Origin: Trichosphaerium sp. ATCC 40318 | Taxonomy: Eukaryota > Protista > Tubulinea | Reading direction: 5' to 3' | Assembly (NCBI GenBank): GCA_038496445.1 | Contig: JALMLS010000561.1 | Location: 1-64,000 of the forward strand | Length of the DNA stretch: 64,000 bases | Part shown: one piece after another, positions 1-13,200 of the stretch | Position numbering within the stretch: the first letter of the stretch is position 1 | Layout of the letters: each line of letters begins with the position of its first letter | The notes under the pieces: generated by a model | What the model was told of the DNA's origin: nothing | Seen by the model: only the letters and a program-made list of their open reading frames with translations | The model's database searches: none | Program-made: the position numbers and the translations under genes

Positions 1-1602
1 GGTATTTTCTCAGAGCGTACGTGTATGTGATATCAATCTCGAGTAATTGAGGTACAGGTATTTCTGTACCTGTATCTATACCTCCCATAACATTACCAAC
101 GATTCTAACAATATCCTGTTCACTATCTATGCGAATGTATAGCTCTGGTCCTGCCTCACAATCGAAGGTAACAACCTAGTAAATTTTAGTAAGCGAAGAA
201 CAACAGCATCAGAAAAAACAAACATTTTGTAAACGTTCCGTCACGTGTTTTCAAAAAAAATTAGTACGTACGTTTCCAGGAGACAAAGCATCAAGACGTA
301 GACAGTAATCTGGAGGTCTTTGAATACCACCTGGATGGTTCAATACTCTGTATGTATTCATAATAGGTGGTGTTGTTGAGAACGGTGGACAAACTCTTGT
401 TGGAGGAAGAGTAGTAGGAGGTAACGTAGTAGGTATGACAGTTGTTGGAGGGCTTGTTGTTGGTGGTAATGTAGTTGGTGGCTCTGTTGTCGGTGGACGC
501 GTCGTAGGAGGTTCTGTTGTTGGTGGACGTGTTGTTGGAGGTTCCGTTGTTGGTGGATTTGTTGTTGGAGCACGTGTTGTTGGTGGTTCTGTTGTTGGAG
601 GCCTCGTTGTTGGCGGTTCTGTTGTAGGAGGCTCTGTGGTGGGTGGTGCTGTAGTAGGCGCCTCTGTAGTTGGCGGCTCTGTAGTTGGAGGGTTTGTTGT
701 AGGTGGCTCCGTTGTTAGTGGGTTCGTAGTTGGAGGTCTTGTTGTTGGAGGCGCTGTAGTCGGAGGTTCCGTTGTTGGAGGCTCTGTTGTAGGAGGCTGC
801 GTGGTTGGAGGTGCTGTTGTTGGCGGCTCTGTTGTTGGCGGCTGCGTTGTTGGCGGTGCAGTTGTAGGAGGTTCTGTAGTTGGAGGCGCCGTAGTTGGAG
901 GTTCTGTAGTTGGTGGCGCTGTTGTAGGTGGTTGTGTTGTAGGTGGTTCTGTGGTGGGCGGCTGCGTCGTAGGTGGCTCTGTTGTTGGAGGCTCTGTTGT
1001 TGGTGGAGCTGTTGTAGGTGGAGCTGTTGTTGGAGGCTGTGTAGTTGGCGGCTGCGTTGTAGGTGGTTGTGTTGTTGGAGGAGCCGTTGTTGGCGGCTGT
1101 GTTGTAGGTGGTTCTGTTGTTGGAGGAGCCGTCGTAGGGGGCGCTGTTGTTGGTGGCTGCGTGGTTGGAGGCTGTGTGGTTGGAGGTTCCGTTGTTGGAG
1201 GTTCCGTCGTTGGAGGCTCTGTTGTTGGAGGCGCTGTTGTTGGCGGAGCCGTAGTTGGCGGTTGCGTAGTAGGCGGCTGTGTTGTTGGCGGAGCTGTTGT
1301 TGGAGGAGCCGTTGTTGGAGGTTGTGTAGTAGGTGGAGCTGTTGTTGGAGGCGCCGTGGTTGGTGGTTGCGTAGTAGGCGGCTCGGTTGTTGGAGGCTGT
1401 GTTGTTGGTGGTTCAGTCGTTGGCGGCTGCGTTGTAGGCGGCTGTGTTGTTGGAGGAGCCGTCGTTGGAGGAGCTGTTGTAGGCGGCTCAGTAGTTGGAG
1501 GAGCTGTTGTAGGAGGCGCCGTTGTTGGTGGTTGTGTGGTAGGTGGCTGCGTGGTTGGTGGTGCCGTTGTAGGCGGCTGTGTAGTAGGTGGTTCTGTAGT
1601 TG
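1..1602 (-). repeat. Inverted copy of 5553-7157 (mucin-repeat exon and following exons of gene A)
   Basis: Base 1 onward (ggtattttctcagagcg) is the reverse complement of ...cgctctgagaaaatacc ending at 7157. Near-identical with a few SNPs. Ends at a TAGTTG microhomology junction (1597-1602). Confidence 0.95.
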
Positions 1603-2403
1603 TACAATCTCTCTACTCTTAGATAAGGTTACCGTATATCTTTTATTGGAACCACAAAAGCTCAGGAACTAGCCTTACGGAGCAACAAAGACGTCTTTGG
1701 CGCCAAAACACAAAAAACTCCAACAAACAAATCACGTTTTCCGAAAGGACGTTATGTACCTTTGTGACGTTGCCAACGGCAACTACTTCTTTGTAAGTGT
1801 GGTAAAGAAGATCATACAAATCTCTGAAAGGAGATTTTGTATCTGGTTTTAAAAAAACAACTGTTCACGGTGATATTTTGCTCTTGTTCTTGTTTTGGTC
1901 GCACCTCCTTAGGCCGTCAACAACTGCTTATCACTATATACATCCGATTATAAAGAACAAACAAAAGCGATACTAAACGTTTCCAACAATGCTTCGGTTC
2001 GGTGTTATATCCTTTATACTGTGCCTAGCAGTGACCTATGTATCATCACAGATTGTAATAGATGATTTTAATAACCCTGTTATGGCTGTAGCTAACCTAA
2101 CCGTACAACAATTACACTTGACACTATGGGCGCTGGAATCCTTGATGGCACACGTAGAATAACTGCTAGACTTATAAGCGCACCAGATGATCAATCCCGT
2201 GTAGTTTGCGTTGTTAGCGATAGAGGTGAAGGATCATTTATCTTAGCTGCCGATACAACAACGACGGTAACTGTATGCTGGATTACCCTCTGGATATGCC
2301 TACAGACTTGATAAACGGACCAGCTTGTGGTAAGAGATTGTGCACTAAGTATTTAACAAACCTCCTAAATAGCCTTCATTTTAATCTTCTTGTTGCTTGG
2401 GCT
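1597..2403 (+). repeat. Direct copy of 9854-10661 (promoter and first exon of gene B), truncated, with two 1-nt deletions in the exon
   Basis: Matches 9854 onward. ATG at 1989. gtacaacaatt (vs gtacaaacaatt) and acgacggtaac (vs acgacgggtaac) are frameshifts relative to the 10245 copy. Confidence 0.93.
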
Positions 2404-5400
2404 CAAGCGACGTGTGTCGTTGTTTGTTTTGTTTGAAGATATGTAATAGAAGAAATGATCGTACAATAGAGAGAATATATCTACTACACCGAGATGTGGC
2501 CTGATAACTCCAAGGAATAACCTGTATCTTCAGATTGTTTACCCATTATAACATATTCTTCTCCATCAAATCTCAAGAATCCAATACTTTCTTCTTCAAT
2601 TTGTATAGTAACATTATTAGGATCTGTTCCCATTATATTAAGGCCTCTATAGAGTAAAGTAAACATTGGTAGAAGGAGAATTAAGATCTGAAAATAGAGT
2701 CCTTCAAAAAGGATTTTCAAAGGAAATCTAAAGACGTACGAATATGTAATGTCAACATCGAGGCTCACAGGATTTGGCGTTTCGAATCCAGTGTCAATAC
2801 CACCTGTGATATTCCGAAAATACGAAGCGTATCTTGAACTGGGTCGACACGTATGTATAGTCCATTACCAGTGTCACAATCGAAAGTAACAACCTGGTTG
2901 TAGTAAGTATAATTGTTGATACAAAGTGGAATTCATTTAAACGAGAAAATCCGTACAGCGTTAGGAACTAAGGCATCTAAACGCAAACAGTACTCTGGTG
3001 GTCTTTCAATGGCGCCTGGATGATTTCTTAGCCTGTAGCACTCTGTTGCGATTGGTGACGTTGTGAAAGGTGGACAAGGACGCGTAGGTGGCATAGTAGT
3101 TGGTGGCAATGTCGTTGGAGGCAGCGTTGTAGGTGGTAAGGTAGTTGGTGGCAACGTTGTTGGTGGTGCCGTTACTGGTGGGAGTGTAGTAGGTGGCAAC
3201 GTTGTAGGTGGCAGCGTTGTAGGAGGTAACGTTGTAGGTGGCAGCGTTGTAGGAGGTAACGTTGTAGGTGGCAGCGTCGTTGGCGGTAGTGTCGTTGGAG
3301 GAAGAGTTGTTGGAGGTAATGTAGTTGGAGGCAACGTAGTTGGCGGTAGTGTCGTCGGAGGAAGAGTTGTTGGAGGTGACGTTGTAGGTGGCGCTGTAGT
3401 AGGAGGAAGCGTCGTTGGTGGCAACGTTGTTGGTGGAAGCGTTGTAGGTGCACTGATAACTTGAAGAGCGTTGCTAACTGGAGGGTCGCAAAACGCTCTC
3501 GTTCCTGCTCTAGACATCCACTGTTAGTACAGCAATTGTATACGTGTAGTTTCATTTGCGAACCTGTTTCCGCCAAGACCTGTTCGTAGTGTAGTTCCAG
3601 CCTGTAAATTTTCAACAGACCCTGCTAGGTTTCCAGTATCTCCAGCATCTGTAGTTAAGTTAGGGATAGGGTCGCTTAATAAAACACAAAAGGAGTGTGT
3701 TATTGAGCATTCAAGTTACGTACTTTCAAGCAGGACATCAAAAGTACATGTAAAATTTTCAGATTCAGCGAGTTGTATTGTTAACTCAACAGCATTATTC
3801 AGCAATATTGGGTTGCCCTGTGTGATTTGAGTAAAAAGTAGAATAAAGTAAGAAAAGAAAGTAATGTAATAAAAAAGAAAAAAAATCACGTGAATTTACA
3901 ACGGAACATAAAAATAAGTCTTATTAGAGAATATTCTCGTAGTCATCAGGAAGACGAGAAAGAAGTGAAGTAAGTTTTCAACAAAAGAAAAATCACCACG
4001 TGATTTTTGTGATCTTATTGTAATAATTTGTAGGAAAGATATTGTATACTTACGTTAGTACATGATACTGACGGAGCTTGGATTGTACCAATAGATTGTG
4101 GGAAAGGGAAAGTAGCCTCTATATTCTCCGCAGTTGCAGGAATAGACACGTAGTTTTCACATGAAAATGAGATGCTGATAGTCTCTCCTACGAAGAGGAA
4201 AAAAAGTTAACATTCTAAGTTACATTGTTAATTTTGTGGCGTACCTGCGACAGCAGGGGTATTTGCATTTACGCTATGCCAACTAAAATGGGCTTAGTAT
4301 AGACCAACGAAATAGATTTATGATAATAATCTTACCATGAGACACTTGGCGCACAACAAGTGTATGTGAGTTGAATATCACCGGCAAGTCTTAAAGGTAG
4401 AGCCAATACTCGAATAGAGTTCGTTTGGCTGTATGCTTGAATGTTTGCTCTATCAAAAGGCAGGCAGAGATCGAGAGGATTGAATCCGAACAAGGTATCT
4501 GGAATAACAACATTTGATGAGAAGGTTCCTGTTTGGGTGACTGCAGTGAAAGACACGCGAGTTTCAGCGTCTGATAAAGTCGCACGCGTCAACCAACAAT
4601 CTAAATTGTTATAAGTACAAAACACTTAGTTTATAGGAAAAGGTTCGTAGGCACGTGGAACGCACGTGAGTACAATCCCAAAAGAAAAGAACAAAAAAAA
4701 AAAGGGAGATTTTGCCACAATGACGAAACAAAATAAAAAACGACGCTTGGACGTTAGCCCAAGCAACAAGAAGATTAAAATGAAGGCTATTTAGGAGGTT
4801 TGTTAAATACTTAGTGCACAATCTCTTACCACAAGCTGGTCCGTTTATCAAGTCTGTAGGCATATCCAGAGGGTAATCCAGCATACAGTTACCCGTCGTT
4901 GTTGTATCGGCAGCTAAGATAAATGATCCTTCACCTCTATCGCTAACAACGCAAACTACACGGGATTGATCATCTGGTGCGCTTATAAGTCTAGCAGTTA
5001 TTCTACGTGTGCCATCAAGGATTCCAGCGCCCATAGTGTCAAGTGTAATTGTTTGTACGGTTAGGTTAGCTACAGCCATAACAGGGTTATTAAAATCATC
5101 TATTACAATCTGTGATGATACATAGGTCACTGCTAGGCACAGTATAAAGGATATAACACCGAACCGAAGCATTGTTGGAAACGTTTAGTATCGCTTTTGT
5201 TTGTTCTTTATAATCGGATGTATATAGTGATAAGCAGTTGTTGACGGCCTAAGGAGGTGCGACCAAAACAAGAACAAGAGCAAAATATCACCGTGAACAG
5301 TTGTTTTTTTAAAACCAGATACAAAATCTCCTTTCAGAGATTTGTATGATCTTCTTTACCACACTTACAAAAAGTAGTTGCCGTTGGCAACGTCACAAAG

Positions 5401-5544
5401 TACATAACGTCCTTTCGGAAAACGTGATTTGTTTGTTGGAGTTTTTTGTGTTTTGCGCCAAAGACGTCTTTGTTGCTCCGTAAGGCTAGTCCTGAGCTTT
5501 TGTGGTTCCATAAACAGATAACGGTAACCTTATCTAAGAGTAGA
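2401..5544 (-). repeat. Inverted copy of 9869-13003 carrying the 5' part of gene B (ATG at 5172), 3'-truncated at 2401
   Basis: ORFs 4609-5172, 4332-4625 and 2933-3517 mirror 10245-10787, 10792-11085 and 11901-12470. This copy has one extra PPTTL unit (194 vs 189 aa) and scattered SNPs. Confidence 0.93.
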
Positions 5545-8500
5545 CGAGCCGCCAACTACAGAACCACCTACTACACAGCCGCCTACAACGGCACCACCAA
5601 CCACGCAGCCACCTACCACACAACCACCAACAACGGCGCCTCCTACAACAGCTCCTCCAACTACTGAGCCGCCTACAACAGCTCCTCCAACGACGGCTCC
5701 TCCAACAACACAGCCGCCTACAACGCAGCCGCCAACGACTGAACCACCAACAACACAGCCTCCAACAACCGAGCCGCCTACTACGCAACCACCAACCACG
5801 GCGCCTCCAACAACAGCTCCACCTACTACACAACCTCCAACAACGGCTCCTCCAACAACAGCTCCGCCAACAACACAGCCGCCTACTACGCAACCGCCAA
5901 CTACGGCTCCGCCAACAACAGCGCCTCCAACAACAGAGCCTCCAACGACGGAACCTCCAACAACGGAACCTCCAACCACACAGCCTCCAACCACGCAGCC
6001 ACCAACAACAGCGCCCCCTACGACGGCTCCTCCAACAACAGAACCACCTACAACACAGCCGCCAACAACGGCTCCTCCAACAACACAACCACCTACAACG
6101 CAGCCGCCAACTACACAGCCTCCAACAACAGCTCCACCTACAACAGCTCCACCAACAACAGAGCCTCCAACAACAGAGCCACCTACGACGCAGCCGCCCA
6201 CCACAGAACCACCTACAACACAACCACCTACAACAGCGCCACCAACTACAGAACCTCCAACTACGGCGCCTCCAACTACAGAACCTCCTACAACTGCACC
6301 GCCAACAACGCAGCCGCCAACAACAGAGCCGCCAACAACAGCACCTCCAACCACGCAGCCTCCTACAACAGAGCCTCCAACAACGGAACCTCCGACTACG
6401 GCGCCTCCAACAACAAGACCTCCAACTACGAACCCACCAACAACGGAGCCACCTACAACAAACCCTCCAACTACAGAGCCGCCAACTACAGAGGCGCCTA
6501 CTACAGCACCACCCACCACAGAGCCTCCTACAACAGAACCGCCAACAACGAGGCCTCCAACAACAGAACCACCAACAACACGTGCTCCAACAACAAATCC
6601 ACCAACAACGGAACCTCCAACAACACGTCCACCAACAACAGAACCTCCTACGACGCGTCCACCGACAACAGAGCCACCAACTACATTACCACCAACAACA
6701 AGCCCTCCAACAACTGTCATACCTACTACGTTACCTCCTACTACTCTTCCTCCAACAAGAGTTTGTCCACCGTTCTCAACAACACCACCTATTATGAATA
6801 CATACAGAGTATTGAACCATCCAGGTGGTATTCAAAGACCTCCAGATTACTGTCTACGTCTTGATGCTTTATCTCCTGGAAACGTACGTACTAATTTTTT
6901 TTTTTGAAAACATGTGACAGAACGATTACAAAATGTTTGTTTTTTCTGATGCTGTTGTTCTTCGCTTACTAAAATTTACTAGGTTGTTACGTTCGATTGT
7001 GAGGCAGGACCAGAGCTATACATTCGCATAGATAGTGAACAGAATATTGTTAGAATCGTTGGTAATGTTATGGGAGGTATAGATACAGGTACAGAAATAC
7101 CTGTACCTCAAATGCTCGAGATTGATATCACATACACGTACGCTCTGAGAAAATACCTTTAACCCCTCTTCTCATGTTTAAACTTACCGTATGGGTTATT
7201 TATACCAAAAAATATAGTGGACTCCATTTTACGTTTGAAACAAAACAACCAAAGCTAATTGGTTTTTTTTCTTTCACGTTTTTTTTCACGTATCTATATG
7301 TATCATTTGCGGAGTTTTTGTTAATGTATTTATGTGTTTAGTGGCTTGACTTTTACTGGTGCTGCTCCAGAAATGGGTATAACAATAGCAACAGAAGGCA
7401 TGGGTATAATGAGATTCAATGGTGAAGTATTTGTGGTCATGGGTAAAATGTCACAAGAATCATTGACCTCACTTGAAATTTTCAGACCTCATCTCGGCGT
7501 TGTTGATGTATTCTCACTATTGTACGCTACCCATACACAAAACTTGAGAACTTTGAATTTAACGTTAAACAACACAACAAGAAGTATACTTCTTTGTGTT
7601 TCGTCTTTTTGTTTGTTGGTTTTTTTTACCACGTGCCGAATTCTTGGCTTACATTCTTGTTTAGCGGTTGGTTGAAGATTGCCAGACCGGGTGAAGCTTT
7701 CAACACACAATATGTTAACGATTGGCAAGCTACAATTGGTCCATGTGTATTCTGTGACCAAATCTTGGCAACACCAAGTGGTGGAAACATTGTCCCTACC
7801 ACAGAGTCGCCTACAGTTACAACACCACAACCGACAAACTCACCAACAAGAGTACCAACACCAATGCCAACGGCAGCACCAACAGCAATACCAACTGCAG
7901 CACCAACGGCAGTGCCAACCAACTCACCTACAGACGCACCAACAATAGCTCCTGCTTCGGCGCCTGTTACAGCATCGCCAACGGCAATGCCAACAGCTAC
8001 CCCAACGGCAACACCTACAGCAATGCCTACAGCAATGCCTACAGCTAGTCCAACAGCTACCCCAACAGCAACGCCTACAGCCACGCCAACAGCTATCCCA
8101 ACGGCGGCACCAACGGCAACACCAACTGTTGCTCCAACTGAACCACCTACAAACGTTGTTACACCAATAATGTCACCAGTATCAGAAATGTTTGATGGCT
8201 GCGGACTACCTGCTTTATGCCCTGAGGATTGCCCATCGTGTACTCAATGTGATTTCATGTGTCAATGCAATGGATGCGACTTTGAAAATCCTTCTTGTCT
8301 TTTCATTACAGCAAACCAAGGTAAACACCACACTGTTTTTGCCATTGGCTGTTTATCAACTGCTTAAAATCTCCCCTAGGTGATGTTTCCGTACCTGATA
8401 CTGTACCGAGATGTTTAGTCATTGGTCCTGGTGTTACAATCACGGGATCAGTACGCTTTTTTTTATAACCGTCACGTGCTAAAGGGTTTTTTTAGATCAC

Positions 8501-9521
8501 TGGTACTACATCTATCGATTGCGTATTACTTTCTGCTGGATCCACAGTTACAGGAAATATTAACTTGGGTGGAAACACTGATTGCTTACGTACAGAAGCA
8601 GCTACTGTCGAAGGAACCATCAACGGCGGTATGTGTCAATTAATAAGAACTTCAGAAACAAAAAGGACCACTCAACAATAATCTCTAATAATCTTCTTTT
8701 TATAGGATCTCAAGGCGATTGTATTGAGCTTAATGCGTTATCTAATGTCCAAGATATTATTTTGGGTTCTGGAGACAACTGTGTTAAAGCAGTATCCGGA
8801 GCTACAACAGGACCAATCACAGGTGGATCTGGAGATGATTGTATTCGTGCTTCAGGAGTATCTATACTATCCACAATTGACCTCGGAAGCGGTGACGATT
8901 CTGTTACCATAGATACAGCAACCACAGGATCTATCTCAAGTACGTAGTTAAAGAATACAACAAAATCTTAGAGCACAATGACGAGATTTCTAATTTCTTA
9001 CTTTAGCCGGTGACGACATGGATTGTGTATGGCTCACAAATGCCTTCACAGGAGAAGTTAGTGTCGGTGAAGATATGGATACTATCAGTATATTTGGAAC
9101 AAATACTACAATAATTGATGCTGGATCAGATGATAGTTGTGTAACAGTTAGGGACAGATCACTCGTAAATGGAATTGAAGGAAGTGCTGGATCTGATATT
9201 GTCAATGTTTTCAATTCATTCGTATCTGGATCACTTAACACAAACTCTGGTAATGATTACATCACCGTCGCTGGAATAACAGGAGAGTTAACCGGTGTCG
9301 GTGCTGGTATTAATGGAGGAGCTGGAGTTGATAATATTATCGTACAAGGCGCTTCCATTAACAGCATGTTCGGAGGAAGTGACAATGATTGTCTTGAAGG
9401 TAGAAGAAATACAGCACCTCAAGGCGGTACCGTCAATATTTCTGGTAATGGTGGTACAGATGTATGCGCTTCTGATGGCACTGGTTCATTTGCAGAGTGC
9501 GAATCTACATTTTCACTTTAA
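5545..9521 (+). CDS. Gene A (5'-truncated): secreted mucin-like protein with ~80 PPTT[Q/A/E/R] repeats, an unknown domain, PTAxPTA stalk, Cys-rich motif and RTX-like GxGxD repeats; multi-exon
   Basis: Open +strand frame gag ccg cca act aca... from ~5546, then CPPFSTTPPIMNTYRVLNHPGGIQRPPDYCLRLDALSPG. GT-AG introns. C-terminal ILGSGDNCV, ITGGSGDDCI, IDLGSGDDSV, INGGAGVDNI, GGSDNDCLEG. Stop at 9519-9521. Paralogous to gene B throughout. Confidence 0.85.
5546..6758 (+). repeat. Coding 15-bp tandem repeat (PPTTx pentapeptide, about 80 units)
   Basis: CCN CCN ACN ACN NNN periodicity with synonymous third-position variation, showing the + strand is the coding one. Confidence 0.95.
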
Positions 9522-10244
9522 ACAATATAAATTTGTAGAAAAGAAAAAGAGCTACTTACACTTATCCAATTTTATAAACAAACAGCCAGTAAAAAACAAT
9601 AAAATAGCTTTAGAAATATTATTTGCGTTTTTTTTCTCTTTGCTAGGGTTTTTACTGAAATCTTCTATGCTCTTCGCACTACTAGCTTCATAGCGACGTA
9701 TCTGCAAAGCCATAAAATTGATTTATTAGTTTGTGTTTTGAAGCAGTAATGACGGTTCATTTTGAATTGACAATCACGTGTTTCTGTGACGTTACAAAGG
9801 TTTCCTAAAGATAGGTTTTAGCGCACAGTTTCTTTTTTTGAGGTAGTTCTGGATAGTTGTACAATCTCTCTACTCTTAGATAAGGTTACCGTATATCTTT
9901 TATTGGAACCACAAAAGCTCAGGAACTAGCCTTACGGAGCAACAAAGACGTCTTTGGCGCCAAAACACAAAAAACTCCACAAACAAATCACGTTTTCCGA
10001 AAGGACGTTATGTACCTTTGTGACGTTGCCAACAGCAACTACTTCTTTGTAAGTGTGGTAAAGAAGATCATACAAATCTCTGAAAGGAGATTTTGTATCT
10101 GGTTTTAAAAAAACAACTGTTCACGGTGATATTTTGCTCTTGTTCTTGTTTTGGTCGCACCTCCTTAGGCCGTCAACAACTGCTTATCACTATATACATC
10201 CGATTATAAAGAACAAACAAAAGCGATACTAAACGTTTCCAACA

Positions 10245-13200
10245 ATGCTTCGGTTCGGTGTTATATCCTTTATACTGTGCCTAGCAGTGACCTATGTATC
10301 ATCACAGATTGTAATAGATGATTTTAATAACCCTGTTATGGCTGTAGCTAACCTAACCGTACAAACAATTACACTTGACACTATGGGCGCTGGAATCCTT
10401 GATGGCACACGTAGAATAACTGCTAGACTTATAAGCGCACCAGATGATCAATCCCGTGTAGTTTGCGTTGTTAGCGATAGAGGTGAAGGATCATTTATCT
10501 TAGCTGCCGATACAACAACGACGGGTAACTGTATGCTGGATTACCCTCTGGATATGCCTACAGACTTGATAAACGGACCAGCTTGTGGTAAGAGATTGTG
10601 CACTAAGTATTTAACAAACCTCCTAAATAGCCTTCATTTTAATCTTCTTGTTGCTTGGGCTAACGTCCAAGCGTCGTTTTTTATTTTGTTTCGTCATTGT
10701 GGCAAAATCTCCCTTTTTTTTTTTGTTCTTTTTTTTTGGGATTGTACTCACGTGCGTTGTCACGTGCCTACGAACCTTTTCCTATAACTAAGTGTTTTGT
10801 ACTGATTACAATTTAGATTGTTGGTTGACGCGTGCGACTTTATCAGACGCTGAAACTCGCGTGTCTTTCACTGCAGTCACCCAAACAGGAACCTTCTCAT
10901 CAAATGTTGTTATTCCAGATACCTTGTTCGGATTCAATCCTCTCGATCTCTGCCTACCTTTTGATAGAGCAAACATTCAAGCATACAGCCAAACCAACTC
11001 TATTCGAGTATTGGCTCTACCTTTAAGACTTGCCGGTGATATTCAACTCACATACACTTGTTGTGCGCCAAGTGTCTCATGGTAAGATTATTATCATAAA
11101 TCTATTTCATTGGTCTATACTAAGCCCATTTTAGTTGGCATAGCATAAATGCAAATACCCCTGCTGTCGCAGGTACGCCACAAAATTAACAATGTAACGT
11201 AGAATGTTAACTTTTTTTCCTCTTCGTAGGAGAGACTATCAGCATCTCATTTTCATGTGAAAACTACGTGTCTATTCCTGCAACTGCGGAGAATATAGAG
11301 GCTACTTTCCCTTTCCCACAATCTATTGGTACAATCCAAGCTCCGTCAGTATCATGTACTAACGTAAGTATACACAATATCTTTCCTACAAATTATTACA
11401 ATAAGATCACAAAAATCACGTGGTGATTTTTCTTTTGTTGAAAACTTACTTCACTTCTTTCTCGTCTTCCTGATGACTACGAGAATATTCTCTAATAAGA
11501 CTTATTTTTATGTTCCGTTGTAAATTCACGTGATTTTTTTTCTTTTTTATTACATTACTTTCTTTTCTTACTTTATTCTACTTTTTTACTCAAATCAAAC
11601 AGGGCAACCCAATATTGCTGAATAATGCTGTTGAGTTAACAATACAACTCGCTGAATCTGAAAATTTTACATGTACTTTTGATGTCCTACTTGAAAGTAC
11701 GTAACTTGAATGCGCAATAACACTCTCCTTTTGTTTTATTAAGCGACCCTATCCCTAACTTAACTACAGATGCTGGAGATACTGGAAACCTAGCAGGGTC
11801 TGTTGAAAATTTACAGGCTGGAACTACACTACGAACAGGTCTTGGCGGAAACAGGTTCGCAAATGAAACTACACGTATACAATTGTTGTACTAACAGTGG
11901 ATGTCTAGAGCAGGAACGAGAGCGTTTTGCGACCCTCCAGTTAGCAACGCTCTTCAAGTTATCAGTGCACCTACAACGCTTCCACCAACAACGTTGCCAC
12001 CAACGACGCTTCCTCCTACTACAGCGCCACCTACAACGTCACCTCCAACAACTCTTCCTCCGACGACACTACCGCCAACTACGTTGCCTCCAACTACATT
12101 ACCTCCAACAACTCTTCCTCCAACGACACTACCGCCAACGACGCTGCCACCTACAACGTTACCTCCAACAACGCTGCCACCTACGACAGCACCACCTACA
12201 ACGTTGCCACCTACTACACTCCCACCAGTAACGGCACCACCAACAACGTTGCCACCAACTACCTTACCACCTACGACGCTGCCTCCAACGACATTGCCAC
12301 CAACTACTATGCCACCTACGCGTCCTTGTCCACCTTTCACAACGTCACCAATCGCAACAGAGTGCTACAGGCTAAGAAATCATCCAGGCGCTATTGAAAG
12401 ACCACCAGAGTACTGTTTGCGTTTAGATGCCTTAGTTCCTAACGCTGTACGGATTTTCTCTTTTAAATGAATTCCACTTTGTATCAACAATTAACTTACT
12501 ACAACCAGGTTGTTACTTTCGATTGTGACACTGGTAATGGACTATACATACGTGTCGACCCAGTTCAAGATACGCTTCGTATTTTCGGTAATATCACAGG
12601 TGGTATTGACACTGGATTCGAAACGCCAAATCCTGTGAGCCTCGATGTTGACATTACATATTCGTACGTCTTTAGATTTCCTTTGCAAATCCTTTTTGCA
12701 GGACTCTATTTTCAGATCTTAATTCTCCTTCTACCAATGTTTACTTTACTCTATAGAGGCCTTAATATAATGGGAACAGATCCTAATAATGTTACTATAC
12801 AAATTGAAGAAGAAAGTATTGGATTCTTGAGATTTGATGGAGAAGAATATGTTATAATGGGTAAACAATCTGAAGATACAGGTTATTCCCTTGGAGTTAT
12901 CAGGCCACATCTCGGTGTAGTAGATATATTCTCTCTATTGTACGATCATTTCTTCTATTACATATCTTCAAACAAAACAAACAACGACACACGTCGCTTG
13001 AGCTCAAACAACGCTTTAAAACAAATCGAATTTTTTGTTTTTTTTGGAATAGCTTGCTTATGTATTTAAATAGTGGTTGGGTACGTATCGCTCGGCCAGG
13101 CGGACCTTTCAACACTGAATTCGTCAATGATTGGCAAGGAACAATAGGAGAGTGTATTCTATGTGAAGACATTGACTTAGGTGGTAGCGGTCAACCTGTC

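Noticed and set aside
435-6720. Long VVGGx ORFs and Cys/Trp/Arg-rich or Gln/His-rich ORFs (435-1622, 932-1672, 3063-3464, 5530-6720; likewise 11954-12340 and 26981-27811)
   Set aside because: Antisense or off-frame shadows of PPTTx/PTNAP repeats. The opposite frame connects to spliced exons and shows synonymous third-position variation.
5546-6758. CRISPR-like or telomeric array
   Set aside because: Contiguous 15-bp coding units without unique spacers; eukaryotic context; no cas genes.
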